A DNA stretch of 64,000 nt from Flavobacteriales bacterium (GCA_047638775.1 JBLIMQ010000002.1:60697-124696), one strand, 5' to 3'; counted from the stretch's first letter, positions 50,793 to 62,044 are shown. Notes: generated from the sequence alone by a model not told the origin. Program-made: numbers and translations.

Positions 50793-52538
50793 CTACAACA
50801 CAAGATCTTTAAAACGTGAGGCGTAAAAGTTATCCCCTGTCACGAGCTCTTCGTGGGTTCCCACCTGTGTAATCCTATGATCTTCTAGCAAAACTATTTT
50901 TGTTGCTGCGCGAGCGGGCTTTAATCGATGAGAAACCATTATTACAATTCCGCCCGAAGCGGTGAACTGTTGAAGCATATCGACAACAAAGTTTTCTGAC
51001 TCGCTATCAAGCGAAGCTGTAGCCTCATCAACAAGCAACATATCCGGTCGCTTAACCAACGCTCTAGCTAATGAAACGATCTGCTTTTGCCCACCGGATA
51101 GATTTCCTCCTCCCTCAAAAACCTTTGCCTCGTATCCGTCCTTAATTCGAGATATAAAGTCAGAAAACCCATACTCATCCAGGTATTTTTTAGTCTCTTC
51201 AGCGCATGCCTCGTCATGTGAGAGTGATATATTTTCGACCAAGGAACCATCGAACAACTTTGCCTGCTGCGAAATAATCGCAATACGCTCACGTAAGGCC
51301 ACCAAAGAAAGCTCGGACGAGGCCTCACCATTAAAAAATATCTCTCCCGATTCAGCTCGATATAAGCCCATGAGAAGATTCAGTACTGTGCTTTTCCCAG
51401 CACCATTTTTACCATAAACACAGACTAATTCCCCGCGAGTAGCTGAGAATGATATATCGATTAGTTGAGGTAAACCCTTTTCGTAACTGAAAGATACGCG
51501 ACGCATTTCAACTGACGATATTTCTGGCAACTGCACCTTCTTTGCCTCATCGCCTTCATGAAATTCATTCTCTGCTTGGACGACCTCATACATCCGGTCA
51601 AGAGCAACTTTCCCACCTTGAATATGCATAATGGCATTACCTAAAACCCCTATGGGACCTAGCAAGCCGATAGCAACCGCCATTGTAGCGGCATACTCAC
51701 CAATAGTTATCTGACCTGCAACCGCCTGAAACGCAAGAATTGCCAAGATAAAGATATAGAAAATCGTCCCAATAGATTCTGATGTTACACCGAACCGTAG
51801 TGCTACAAGGGTAGCTAAAAAACTCTTCTCTTGATAATTCCCGTAAGCTTGATAACTTTTTTTGCTGAAATGGTCTTGCTTATTATGGGCTTTGATTAAA
51901 TCCGAGTTCTGAATAGTCGCAATATAATTGCTTTCGTTCTCGCCATTTGCCAGATACTCCTCATGAAATCTTTCCCTCATCCTACCTTTAAACATATAGG
52001 CTGATATAAAAAAAACCGGGAACGCCAGCAATACAACTACACCAACTGGCACCGAATAGTAGAAAAGGAAGGAAGTTGAGATAATCACAGTCACAACATT
52101 AAGAACTAAGATATTAAAAAAATGTGATATAGCGCCGTGAATCTGCCGTGAATCGTGCATTCGTGCGATTAACGAACCTGTCTGATTCGTATCGTAGAAG
52201 GATTTAGGCAAATACAGTAACTTTTTAAAGAAAGTATCAATCAGCCTCATATTGAAGCGCTTACCGTGTAAAGCCCCTATAATTGAATGAATATGGATAA
52301 TTACAGCCTTCAACAACAGGAGAAACCCTACAATTACAATCCCCCTCACTAGGTAAGCGATATCATTACTCGGAATAATCACATCTATAATCTTTTGTGA
52401 GAATATAGCCGAAGATAAACCTAGGACGGATATCACGCCACCAAGAAAAAACGTGATCACTAGTAATTTCACATCTTTACGCAACAAACTCATGAGCCAG
52501 CGGCTCTTTTCTGACTTAATTAACACTACAGCACCCAA
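50793..52538 (-). CDS. ABC exporter (TMD+NBD half transporter), PCAT-like but lacking a peptidase domain
   Basis: Six-TM region, Walker A GKNGAGKS, LSGGQ, Walker B LLVDEAT, H-loop SHRL. TTG start is uncertain. Confidence 0.88.
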   Translation of the reverse strand: MGAVVLIKSEKSRWLMSLLRKDVKLLVITFFLGGVISVLGLSSAIFSQKIIDVIIPSNDIAYLVRGIVIVGFLLLLKAVIIHIHSIIGALHGKRFNMRLIDTFFKKLLYLPKSFYDTNQTGSLIARMHDSRQIHGAISHFFNILVLNVVTVIISTSFLFYYSVPVGVVVLLAFPVFFISAYMFKGRMRERFHEEYLANGENESNYIATIQNSDLIKAHNKQDHFSKKSYQAYGNYQEKSFLATLVALRFGVTSESIGTIFYIFILAILAFQAVAGQITIGEYAATMAVAIGLLGPIGVLGNAIMHIQGGKVALDRMYEVVQAENEFHEGDEAKKVQLPEISSVEMRRVSFSYEKGLPQLIDISFSATRGELVCVYGKNGAGKSTVLNLLMGLYRAESGEIFFNGEASSELSLVALRERIAIISQQAKLFDGSLVENISLSHDEACAEETKKYLDEYGFSDFISRIKDGYEAKVFEGGGNLSGGQKQIVSLARALVKRPDMLLVDEATASLDSESENFVVDMLQQFTASGGIVIMVSHRLKPARAATKIVLLEDHRITQVGTHEELVTGDNFYASRFKDLVL

Positions 52539-52754
52539 TTTTATTAGTATCGTCAGGATAACACTTTATTCGAAAAATTTTTGGACTTAGCACACAATCA
52601 ATATTTCGCCACCAAGGAGCTAAGAATGTGGCGAGTCAAAAAACGACCTGTAAATTTATTTAATCAAAGCCCCCTGAGATATGCCAAGCAATTGGCCAAA
52701 ATAACTAATTATGCCCACTAAAGATAAAGAAGTACGCGCCCAAATCATGCCCAC

Positions 52755-52778
52755 AAAAAAGCCCGAACATGTCGGGCT
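52755..52778 (-). terminator. Rho-independent terminator after dapB
   Basis: AGCCCGA-N-TCGGGCT stem with a T6 tail on the minus strand. Confidence 0.8.
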
Positions 52779-52802
52779 CCAGCCATTCAAACCTAGCGAG
52801 AC

Positions 52803-53618
<816 letters not shown>

Positions 53619-54746
53619 TTAAAGTTTCATCTCGCCGAAGAAGTTTTTCATACCTTCAAACCAATTCTCCTGCTTTGGCGTATGCTTCTTTCCTTTCATG
53701 CTGTCCCGCAGACTCTCCAAAAGCTCTTTTTGGCCTTTAGCTAAATTAACCGGTGTCTCCAGAGTGACTCGGCAAAGTAAATCACCAACACCACCACCAC
53801 GAACAGAGGCTACACCTTTACCACGTAAACGAAAAAGCTTACCCGTTTGGGTTTCGGCTGGGATTCGCAGCTTAACGCGACCGTCCAATGTAGGAATTTC
53901 AATCTCCCCTCCAAGACAGGCATCAAAAATACTAATTGGCACTTCACAGTGTAGGTTTTTGCCATCACGCTGAAAGAACTCATGCTCACGCACCATCATC
54001 TGGACGTATAAGTCACCCGACGGACCGCCATCTGCACCAGCTTCACCTTCGCCAGCAAGACGAATGCGATCGCCACTGTCAACACCAGCAGGGACTTTAA
54101 CCGAGAGCGTCTTCGTTTCTTCAACAAGACCCTGACCGTGACAACTCTTACACGGATCGGAAATAACCTTTCCTTTGCCGCGACAGCTCGGACACGTTTG
54201 CTGCACAGAGAAAAAACCTTGCTGCATACGTACTTGACCATGCCCGCCACAGGTCGAACAAGTACTTGCAGACGTACCTGTTTTCGCGCCTGAGCCGCTA
54301 CAAGGTTTACACGAAACCAAGGTAGGCACTTTAATTTTTACACTTTTACCTTTGACGGCATCTTCAAGATCTAATTCTAGGTTGTAGCGCAAATCTGCTC
54401 CGCGTGAAGGACCACCACGTCGCCCGCCCGCACCACCGCCGCCAAATATGTCGCCAAACACATCACCAAATATATCCGAAAACCCACCAGCACCTTGACC
54501 ACCGCCCATACCTGCGGAGCCGTCGACCCCAGCATGACCATGTTGATCATAAGCCGCACGCTTTTGCTCATCTGAGAGAATTTCGTAAGCTTCTTTTGCT
54601 TCTTTAAATTTCTCTTCAGATGCGGCATCACCCTGATTCCTATCTGGATGGTGCTTCATAGCAACACGACGGTATATTTTTTTAAGCTCGGCTTTAGAGA
54701 CATCTTTCGAGGCCCCTAGTATTTCGTAATAATCACGCTTTGACAT
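53619..54746 (-). CDS. dnaJ: Chaperone DnaJ
   Basis: HPD J-domain, G/F region, four CxxCxGxG repeats. Confidence 0.99.
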   Translation of the reverse strand: MSKRDYYEILGASKDVSKAELKKIYRRVAMKHHPDRNQGDAASEEKFKEAKEAYEILSDEQKRAAYDQHGHAGVDGSAGMGGGQGAGGFSDIFGDVFGDIFGGGGAGGRRGGPSRGADLRYNLELDLEDAVKGKSVKIKVPTLVSCKPCSGSGAKTGTSASTCSTCGGHGQVRMQQGFFSVQQTCPSCRGKGKVISDPCKSCHGQGLVEETKTLSVKVPAGVDSGDRIRLAGEGEAGADGGPSGDLYVQMMVREHEFFQRDGKNLHCEVPISIFDACLGGEIEIPTLDGRVKLRIPAETQTGKLFRLRGKGVASVRGGGVGDLLCRVTLETPVNLAKGQKELLESLRDSMKGKKHTPKQENWFEGMKNFFGEMKL

Positions 54747-54776
54747 AGGCTATATTTGACTTGGCTAGTTACAACA

Positions 54777-54833
54777 AACGCGAGCATAGCTCGCGTTCAA
54801 GGAATCTAAAGGGTGAGCGCATGCTCACCCCTG
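54777..54833 (-). terminator. Two hairpins in the dnaK-dnaJ intergenic region
   Basis: AACGCGAGC-ATA-GCTCGCGTT and GGGTGAGC-GCAT-GCTCACCC inverted repeats. Confidence 0.55.
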
Positions 54834-54851
54834 TGGAGATAAGCTTAAAAC

Positions 54852-56780
54852 TTATTTTTCGTCTTTTACTTCTTCGAACTCAGCATCAACTACGCCATCT
54901 TCAGCTTCTGGAGCAGCTTCAGGACCAGCCCCAGCTTCCGCAGCACCTTCAGCGGCTTGAGCCTGCTCGGCATACATTTTCTGAGCTAGGCCACCGGAAG
55001 CATCCGTAAGCTCTTTAGTTGCAACTTCCATAGCCTCTTTATCGTTGCCTTTAACGGCTTCTTCAGCTTTAACCAATGCGGCGTCAATAGTCGCCTTCTC
55101 TTCTTCAGTTGCTTTATCGCCAGCTTCTTCCAAAGTCTTGCGAGTCGCATGAATAAGGCCTTCAAGTGTATTACGCGCAGTAACCACTTCTTCGAATTCA
55201 CGGTCAGCATCAGCATTTGCTTCAGCATCTTGAACCATTTTTTCGATTTCTTCGTCGCTAAGACCAGAAGATGCCTTGATGACGATAGACTGCTCTTTAC
55301 CTGTAGCCTTATCTTTTGCGCCAACATTAAGAATGCCGTTAGCATCGATGTCGAAAGTAACTTCGATTTGAGGCATACCACGCGGTGCGGGCGGAATATC
55401 TGCCAAGTCAAAACGACCTAACGATTTGTTTTGTGCCGCCTGCTTACGCTCCCCCTGAACAACATGGATCGTTACAGCTGATTGGTTATCGTCAGCGGTA
55501 GAGAATGTTTGCGACTTTTTGGTCGGGATCGTTGTATTCTTCTCGATAAGTGCTGTTGCAACGCCACCCATCGTCTCGATACCTAAGGTTAGCGGGCTAA
55601 CATCAAGCAACAACACATCTTTTACATCGCCAGCAAGTACGGCACCTTGAATCGCGGCGCCCATCGCAACGGCTTCGTCTGGATTAACATCTTTACGTGA
55701 CTCTTTACCAAAGAATTCAGCAACCGTCTTTTGCACTAGCGGCATACGTGTTTGGCCACCAACTAGAATAACGTCATCAATCTCATCAACAGAGAGCTCT
55801 GCATCTTTCAATGCAATTTTTAGCGGCTCGATAGTACGCGTAACAAGTCCCTCAACCAATGACTCTAATTTTGCACGCGTTAGCTTCAACACCAAATGCT
55901 TAGGACCCGTTGCATCAGCCGTGATATACGGCAAGTTGATTTCTGTTTGCTGGCTAGAACTCAACTCGATCTTCGCCTTTTCAGCCGCTTCTTTTAAACG
56001 CTGAAGCGCTAAAGGATCACCGTGTAAGTCGATACCGTTGGTCGCTTTAAACTCGCCCGCTAGATATTCGATTAAGCGCAAATCGAAATCTTCACCACCT
56101 AGGAAGGTATCACCGTTGGTAGAAAGCACTTCAAATTGGTGCTCGCCATCAACATCCGCAATTTCGATGATAGAAATATCAAATGTACCGCCACCAAGGT
56201 CGTATACAGCAATAGTGCGATCGCCTTTAGCTTTGTCCATACCGTAAGCAAGAGCAGCAGCCGTTGGCTCATTAATAATACGCTTGACATCTAAACCGGC
56301 AATTTTACCCGCATCTTTTGTTGCTTGACGCTGAGAATCATTAAAGTAGGCTGGAACAGTTACAACCGCTTCGGTAACTGACTCACCCAAATAATCTTCT
56401 GCTGTTTTTTTCATCTTTTTCAAGATTTCAGCCGAAACCTGAGGCGGTGCTTTTTTGTCGCCTTTTGCTTCCACCCATGCATCACCGTTATCGGCGGCAA
56501 GAATTGTGTATGGAACCATCTTGATATCTTTTTGTACGACATCGTCTTTAAACTTACGACCGATAAGGCGCTTAACCGCAAACAAGGTATTAGTTGGGTT
56601 CGTAACAGCCTGACGCTTAGCGCTTTGACCAACAAGCACTTCACCATCGTCAGTATATGCAACGATAGAAGGTGTTGTGCGATCGCCTTCAGAGTTTTCT
56701 ATAACCTTTGCTTTACCGCCTTCAAGAACAGAAACACATGAGTTTGTTGTTCCCAAATCGATTCCGATGATTTTGCCCAT
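54852..56780 (-). CDS. dnaK: Chaperone DnaK
   Basis: [18 protein letters not shown], ...DAEFEEV. Confidence 0.99.
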   Translation of the reverse strand: MGKIIGIDLGTTNSCVSVLEGGKAKVIENSEGDRTTPSIVAYTDDGEVLVGQSAKRQAVTNPTNTLFAVKRLIGRKFKDDVVQKDIKMVPYTILAADNGDAWVEAKGDKKAPPQVSAEILKKMKKTAEDYLGESVTEAVVTVPAYFNDSQRQATKDAGKIAGLDVKRIINEPTAAALAYGMDKAKGDRTIAVYDLGGGTFDISIIEIADVDGEHQFEVLSTNGDTFLGGEDFDLRLIEYLAGEFKATNGIDLHGDPLALQRLKEAAEKAKIELSSSQQTEINLPYITADATGPKHLVLKLTRAKLESLVEGLVTRTIEPLKIALKDAELSVDEIDDVILVGGQTRMPLVQKTVAEFFGKESRKDVNPDEAVAMGAAIQGAVLAGDVKDVLLLDVSPLTLGIETMGGVATALIEKNTTIPTKKSQTFSTADDNQSAVTIHVVQGERKQAAQNKSLGRFDLADIPPAPRGMPQIEVTFDIDANGILNVGAKDKATGKEQSIVIKASSGLSDEEIEKMVQDAEANADADREFEEVVTARNTLEGLIHATRKTLEEAGDKATEEEKATIDAALVKAEEAVKGNDKEAMEVATKELTDASGGLAQKMYAEQAQAAEGAAEAGAGPEAAPEAEDGVVDAEFEEVKDEK

Positions 56781-56826
56781 CTTACTTCTCCAATAACAAT
56801 TCTATGTACGGCGATAGCCGTAAAAA

Positions 56827-56864
56827 TAAATAAAAACTAAATAAAAACTAAATAAAAACTAAAT
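56827..56864. repeat. 11-bp tandem repeat (TAAATAAAAAC) x3.5 in the dnaK leader
   Basis: Read directly from the sequence. Confidence 0.85.
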
Positions 56865-56883
56865 ATGATTCACTTGCCTGCTA

Positions 56884-56912
56884 ATATTTGGTCACTTTGC
56901 TTGATTTTCAAG
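56884..56912 (-). promoter_or_regulatory. sigma32 promoter of dnaK
   Basis: CTTGAAA-N14-CCAAATAT versus consensus CTTGAAA-N13-17-CCCCATNT. Confidence 0.7.
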
Positions 56913-56924
56913 TCAGCAGACAAA

Positions 56925-57500
56925 TTAAGCCTTAGAAACTACAACCATTGCAGGTCTAACCAATCGGCCGTTTAAGGTGTACCCTTTTTGAATAACGTCC
57001 ATAACTGTATTTGGCTCGCAATCTGGGTTAGATATCATGGTAATAGCCTGATGAAACTGCGGATCAAAAGGCTCGCCAGCTGGATTTAACGCTTCGATCT
57101 TGTGCTTAATCAAGGATGAAACTAACGCTTTTAGCGTGAGTTCAACACCCTCATTCAGCGACACAATCTCTGCGCCGTCAGCGTTTCCGGCCTCCAGGGC
57201 GCGTTCCAAGTTATCAACCACCGGCAACAAATCAGCGGTAAACTTATCCAGCGCAAATTTATGCGCCTTTTCAACATCTTGCTCCGCACGCCGGCGGGCA
57301 TTTTGCGCTTCTGCAGCCGCGCGAAGAGCTTGCTCTTTAGCGCTAATTAACTCATCTTCTAACTGCCCGATTTTGGCAGCCAAATCACCATCTGCAGCCG
57401 CTTCAGGCTCAATTTCATTAACATTTTGCGAATCCAGGGTAACCTGATCTTCTTCTAATGCATTTTCAGGGGCATTTGTGCTTTGTTCTTCGTTGGACAC
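56925..57500 (-). CDS. grpE: Nucleotide exchange factor GrpE
   Basis: A...N.RRR, LLPVVDNLERA, FDP..HQA, GY.LNGRLVRPAMV.V. Confidence 0.98.
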   Translation of the reverse strand: MSNEEQSTNAPENALEEDQVTLDSQNVNEIEPEAAADGDLAAKIGQLEDELISAKEQALRAAAEAQNARRRAEQDVEKAHKFALDKFTADLLPVVDNLERALEAGNADGAEIVSLNEGVELTLKALVSSLIKHKIEALNPAGEPFDPQFHQAITMISNPDCEPNTVMDVIQKGYTLNGRLVRPAMVVVSKA

Positions 57501-57554
57501 TACAATCTCCGATCTTTGAGTATTCTATAGTCAAGTTGCGTTTACATGGCACGA

Positions 57555-57582
57555 ATATGGGGGCTAGGCTTAAGCATTCAAG
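57555..57582 (-). promoter_or_regulatory. sigma32 promoter of grpE
   Basis: CTTGAA-N14-CCCCATAT. Confidence 0.85.
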
Positions 57583-57651
57583 TCAAAACCAAAAAATTTT
57601 GTAGGAATTTTCATCAATAATTGTGCTTATTGTATAAAGCACGTTAAACTA

Positions 57652-57667
57652 CTGTATAAACAGACAG
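57652..57667 (+). promoter_or_regulatory. LexA (SOS) box upstream of recN
   Basis: CTGT-ATAAACAG-ACAG fits CTGT-N8-ACAG, 13 bp before the recN ATG. Confidence 0.85.
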
Positions 57668-57680
57668 ATGAGCTTTCGGT

Positions 57681-59345
57681 ATGCTGACCCACTTACACAT
57701 TTCAAACTTCACCTTAGTTGAGCGACTCGAGCTCGAGCCACAATCTGGGCTTACTGTAATTACAGGAGAGACTGGCGCAGGGAAATCTATACTGCTAGAC
57801 GCCTTAGGTTTGGTTTTGGGGGAGCGAGCCGATGCTGACAAAGTTCGACAAGGCTGTGACAAGGCTGACATTCAAGCAAGCTTTGACGTCAGCGCATTAA
57901 CATTTGTTCAAAAGTGGCTTGATGAAAACAGTTTAAACATATCTGATAGCGAATGCTTACTTCGCCGCGTGGTTACAGCAGAAGGGCGATCACGAGGATT
58001 TATTAATGGCCAAGCTGTTACCTTGCATCAGCTTAAGGCGCTCGGCGACTTACTTATTGATATCCACGGCCAGCATGAACACCAAAGTTTACTGAAAATT
58101 GCCACCCACCGACGCTTGCTCGATGAATTTGGTCAACTTAAACCACTCGCGAAATCTGTAAAGCGAGAATACTACCAATGGAACTCCTGCAAGGAGCAAC
58201 TCGCCTACCTTCGCAATCGTAACGATGAGCTCAGTGCTCGCTTTCAACTATTAAGCTATCAAGTAATCGAGCTCGACCAACTAAATATTCTAGATGGCGA
58301 ACTCAGCGCATTAGAAGATGAACAGCGCCAACTCGCCCATCAAGAAACCTTTCAGAGTGCCTGCGGCCATTTAAGTGAGCTTTGCAACAACGACCAAGAC
58401 GGCATAAGCACAAGACTTAACTCAGTATTGCGACTTCTTGGTGAGCTACCAACGCTTAGTGACTCACTGCAAAGTGCCGAATCACTATTCAAACAAGCCT
58501 TAATAAACATTGAAGAAGCACAATCTGACATCGATCATCAGCAGCAAGATGGAGATTTGGACCCCGCTCGCCTGAACTTCGTTGAAGGCCGCTTAAGCAA
58601 GATTTACGACATCGCTCGCAAACATCGTGTTAACCCAGAAGAACTTCTTGGACTGCATCATGCCTTATGCAGTGAACTCAAAGAAATCGAAGGCGGCGAC
58701 GCACAGATAGAATCACTCGAAAAAGACATAAAAGAAAAAGCTACACGCTACAAAACACTCGCCGACAAATTGTCGTCGAAGCGTAAACAGGCGGCTAAAA
58801 ATCTCGGAGCAAGAATTAACGAGACCCTAAAAGACCTCGCCATGTCTCATGCGCAATTTTATGTTGCACTCGAAGATGGCAGCCCAGAGCCCAATTTAAA
58901 TGGCAACGAGAACATTCAATTTCTGATTTCCACCGCACCAGGACAAAGCCCCAAGCCTCTTGGAAAGGTCGCTTCAGGTGGAGAGTTATCGCGTATAAGC
59001 CTGGCAATTCAAGTTGCCACCGCAAAAACATCCACCACACCAACGTTAGTATTCGACGAAGTGGACGTAGGTATTGGCGGCACAACCGGCGACGTTGTTG
59101 GACGACTTTTACGAGAGCTAGGCAGCCAAGGGCAGATTTTTTGCGTAACGCACTTGGCACAAGTGGCGAGCAAGACACATCACCATTGGCGAGTAGAGAA
59201 AAGCATTAGTAAAACGGAGGTGAATTCGCGTATAGAAGCATTATCTGACGATGACAAAGTATTAGAAATTGCGCGAATGATGGGCGGAACAACCGACTCA
59301 AAGCAAAGTCTTGCTCATGCGCGCGAAATGCTGGCAACCTTATAG
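57681..59345 (+). CDS. recN: DNA repair protein RecN
   Basis: TGETGAGKS, HGQHEHQ, ASGGELSR, FDEVD.G. Confidence 0.98.
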   Translation: MLTHLHISNFTLVERLELEPQSGLTVITGETGAGKSILLDALGLVLGERADADKVRQGCDKADIQASFDVSALTFVQKWLDENSLNISDSECLLRRVVTAEGRSRGFINGQAVTLHQLKALGDLLIDIHGQHEHQSLLKIATHRRLLDEFGQLKPLAKSVKREYYQWNSCKEQLAYLRNRNDELSARFQLLSYQVIELDQLNILDGELSALEDEQRQLAHQETFQSACGHLSELCNNDQDGISTRLNSVLRLLGELPTLSDSLQSAESLFKQALINIEEAQSDIDHQQQDGDLDPARLNFVEGRLSKIYDIARKHRVNPEELLGLHHALCSELKEIEGGDAQIESLEKDIKEKATRYKTLADKLSSKRKQAAKNLGARINETLKDLAMSHAQFYVALEDGSPEPNLNGNENIQFLISTAPGQSPKPLGKVASGGELSRISLAIQVATAKTSTTPTLVFDEVDVGIGGTTGDVVGRLLRELGSQGQIFCVTHLAQVASKTHHHWRVEKSISKTEVNSRIEALSDDDKVLEIARMMGGTTDSKQSLAHAREMLATL

Positions 59346-59563
59346 AGCTTCGACATCACTTAAATGTAATGCCATATAACTGCACACTTGTAGCACACGG
59401 AATCTTAAAGAATAAAATAAACGGGAGGTTTAAGCTCAGAGACTATTACGATGGGAGCCGATTACGATGGCAGCCAACATTATGTATAATAGCGCTTCAA
59501 GCTCAAGCTTCAGACCTAATAAAGTCAAATCTGAAACCAGCCCTGAAGACAAGAGCTTAGGGC

Positions 59564-59977
59564 TTAGGGCTTAGGAAGAGGTTTAACGTACAATACTAGG
59601 CTGTGCCCAGTAATCTCGTAACCCAAGCCAGCCGCAATAGATTCTTGCAGAGCTTCTATCTGATCATTTTGGAATTCTATTACCTGACCACTCTCTACAC
59701 AGACCATATGATCGTGATGTTCACCGCGATCTAACTCAAAAACAGAGGGTCCATTATCAAAATTATGCCTTTCAACCAGCCCTGCACCTTCAAATTGTGT
59801 CAACACCCTATATACTGTCGCCAAACCAACATCGTCACCGGCGTCTAGAAGAGATTTATACACATCTTCTGCACTCATGTGACGAACATGGGAATTTTCT
59901 AGGATTTCTAGGATCTTAACCCTAGGTAACGTGACTTTTAAGCCTGCTTTACGCAGTTCTTGGCTCTCGACGGGCAT
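59564..59977 (-). CDS. fur: Ferric uptake regulator
   Basis: GLKVTLPR, GLATVYRVL, HHDHM. Confidence 0.98.
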   Translation of the reverse strand: MPVESQELRKAGLKVTLPRVKILEILENSHVRHMSAEDVYKSLLDAGDDVGLATVYRVLTQFEGAGLVERHNFDNGPSVFELDRGEHHDHMVCVESGQVIEFQNDQIEALQESIAAGLGYEITGHSLVLYVKPLPKP

Positions 59978-60046
59978 TTATGCTCTTCTTAGACAATTGA
60001 AAGATCCGTTATTATCCTTGTCCAAATTGAATTCGGAAAGCACTAA

Positions 60047-60475
60047 ATGAAAGTATTTCTCAGAACCATAGCTTTACTCGCGCTAGTTTCTTGGCTCGGC
60101 GCATGCTCCAGCCTAAAATTCCCCGGGGTTTATCGTATCAAGATCACTCAGGGGAATTATCTTGAGAAAGAAATGGTGGATCAACTCGAAGTGGGCTTAA
60201 CGCGCACGCAAGTGCGCTACGTCATGGGCACGCCTTTGGTCGAGGACACGTTCACGCCAAATCGCTGGGATTATTATTTTCACGTTCGCCATGGAGATAA
60301 AGAACTCGCCGAGTACCATATGACGATGCTATTTGACGGCGACCTTCTTACAGAGTGGAGCGGGAACTACGAGCCGTCCCGCAAAAACGCACTGGAACGT
60401 GAGCGTGAAGCGGTTGAAGAAGCCAAGAAAAAAGATGATGCCAAATTCAAGAAAAGCGAAGAGCAGCGTTTTTAG
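60047..60475 (+). CDS. bamE: Outer membrane assembly lipoprotein BamE
   Basis: Lipobox LGAC, QGN, QV.Y.MGTP, RWDY; divergent from fur. Confidence 0.93.
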   Translation: MKVFLRTIALLALVSWLGACSSLKFPGVYRIKITQGNYLEKEMVDQLEVGLTRTQVRYVMGTPLVEDTFTPNRWDYYFHVRHGDKELAEYHMTMLFDGDLLTEWSGNYEPSRKNALEREREAVEEAKKKDDAKFKKSEEQRF

Positions 60476-60539
60476 CCTTGATTAAGCTAGAGCCTCTAAT
60501 CTAGGGGCTCGTTATTCGTTATCTCACGGTAACTTCTGC

Positions 60540-60872
60540 TTACCCTCTCCGTTTGGCTTTTTCTGCTCGCTTGCGGCGAACCTCTTTTGGGTCAGCAATT
60601 AGGCCCCTATATATCTCTACACGATCACCCGCCTGTAATACATGCTCTTTTGCTGGCTTCATTCCTTTTGTACCCAAAGCTTGCCCAAACAAACCCATTT
60701 TGGCGCTTTGAACATCAAGGCCTGGGAAAAACCCCTCAATTTTCGATTTTATAACGGCATCAAAAGCTGTACTTCCGGGCTCAATGAGGACTTTAATGAT
60801 CTTTTGCTTATCGGGCAAGGCATAAGCGACTTCTACAGCTATAGGCTCAATATCGGTCATGGTTTCTCTCAT
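60540..60872 (-). CDS. ratB: RnfH/RatB family ubiquitin-like protein
   Basis: VEVAYA.P, GDRVEIYR.L.ADPKE.RR. Confidence 0.9.
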   Translation of the reverse strand: MRETMTDIEPIAVEVAYALPDKQKIIKVLIEPGSTAFDAVIKSKIEGFFPGLDVQSAKMGLFGQALGTKGMKPAKEHVLQAGDRVEIYRGLIADPKEVRRKRAEKAKRRG

Positions 60873-60875
60873 TTA

Positions 60876-60987
60876 TCTATATCTAACTATATCTAACTTT
60901 GGCTAAACTTTGGCTAAACTTTGGCTAAACTTTGGCTAAACTTTGGCTAAACTTTGGCTAAACTTTGGCTAAACTTTGGCTAAACTA
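60876..60987. repeat. 11-bp VNTR (CTAAACTTTGG) x7 plus degenerate copies
   Basis: Seven exact copies at 60903-60979, filling the ratA-ratB intergenic region. Confidence 0.95.
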
Positions 60988-61422
60988 GCCTTCAGGGTAT
61001 ATACGCTTTGCCCTATCGCACAACGCACTAACTTGGTCAGAGGCGTTTTTCTCAAAAAAAGCTGGCAGAGTTAGCGCGAGTATCGCATTGCTAAACTCTA
61101 TCTCTATCCAAAATCGCACCTTACAGGCCGTATCGGATAATGCATCAAAGCACCATTCGCTCTCAAGCGACTTAAATGGACCGCCTAATAAGCTCATACG
61201 CATTGAACTTGGCGGAGTCAAAATATTACGGGTAGAAAATGATTGTCGCACACCCATTCGCTGAATATCTAAGCGTGCATCAAGACTCTCATCATGGCGC
61301 ACCAGGATTTTTGCACCAACACATCCGGGCATATATTCGGGGTACGATTCGATATCATTCACTAGCGCAAACATCTGCTTACAACTAAAGGGAACTAGTG
61401 CATTACGTTCTATGCGCGTCAA
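60985..61422 (-). CDS. ratA: RatA/PasT (Coq10/START domain)
   Basis: MF.LVNDIE.YP..PGC, F.TRN, GPFK.L...W; divergent from smpB. Confidence 0.92.
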   Translation of the reverse strand: MTRIERNALVPFSCKQMFALVNDIESYPEYMPGCVGAKILVRHDESLDARLDIQRMGVRQSFSTRNILTPPSSMRMSLLGGPFKSLESEWCFDALSDTACKVRFWIEIEFSNAILALTLPAFFEKNASDQVSALCDRAKRIYPEG

Positions 61423-61561
61423 TAGCGAGCCTCATTCGAGTTTTTGGAAGCATCATTTTATCGAGTAACGTGAAACATTTCATGCAAAGAAAGGGTTTTC
61501 TCTTTGCAAGCATCAATTAAACCTGTCGCAATAGCGCGGAGAGCTACGTATAATCCCGCGC

Positions 61562-62044
61562 ATGGCTAAAAAAGGTAAGAACAAATCAAGCAGTAACACC
61601 ATCGCGCTAAATCGAAGGGCTCGTTTCGACTTTCATATTGATGAAAAAATCGAAGCTGGTATCGAGCTTATGGGCTGGGAAGTTAAAAGTATCCGCAAAG
61701 GTAATGCGCAGCTAACAGAAAGCTACGTTATTATTCAGAACGACGAGGCGTGGATTTTGGGATGCCAAATCCAACCACTACCAACGGCATCAACGCACTT
61801 CGTAACCGAACCTACCCGTACGCGTAAGCTATTAATGCACCGCCGACAAATCGATAAAATCAAAGTGATGACGCAGCAAAAGGGTCACACCGTGGTAGCA
61901 ACCGCGATGTACTGGAAGGCCCATTTAATCAAGGTTGAAGTAGGCCTTGCGCGCGGCAAACAGCAACACGATAAGCGTCAAACGGAGAAAGAGCGCGATT
62001 GGAGCCGCGATAAACAACGAGTACTTTCAACAAATAACCGTTAA
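61562..62044 (+). CDS. smpB: SsrA-binding protein
   Basis: N.RA.FD, EAGI.L.GWEVKS.R, RKLL, GK..HDKR. Confidence 0.98.
   Translation: MAKKGKNKSSSNTIALNRRARFDFHIDEKIEAGIELMGWEVKSIRKGNAQLTESYVIIQNDEAWILGCQIQPLPTASTHFVTEPTRTRKLLMHRRQIDKIKVMTQQKGHTVVATAMYWKAHLIKVEVGLARGKQQHDKRQTEKERDWSRDKQRVLSTNNR

Noticed and set aside
50625-52750. ops/RfaH antitermination element for the long PKS transcript
   Set aside because: I found no GGCGGTAG-type sequence in either upstream intergenic region, and no NusG paralogue in the window.
24962-52754. Integrative element or prophage carrying the BGC
   Set aside because: No integrase, transposase, tRNA target or att-like direct repeats were seen.
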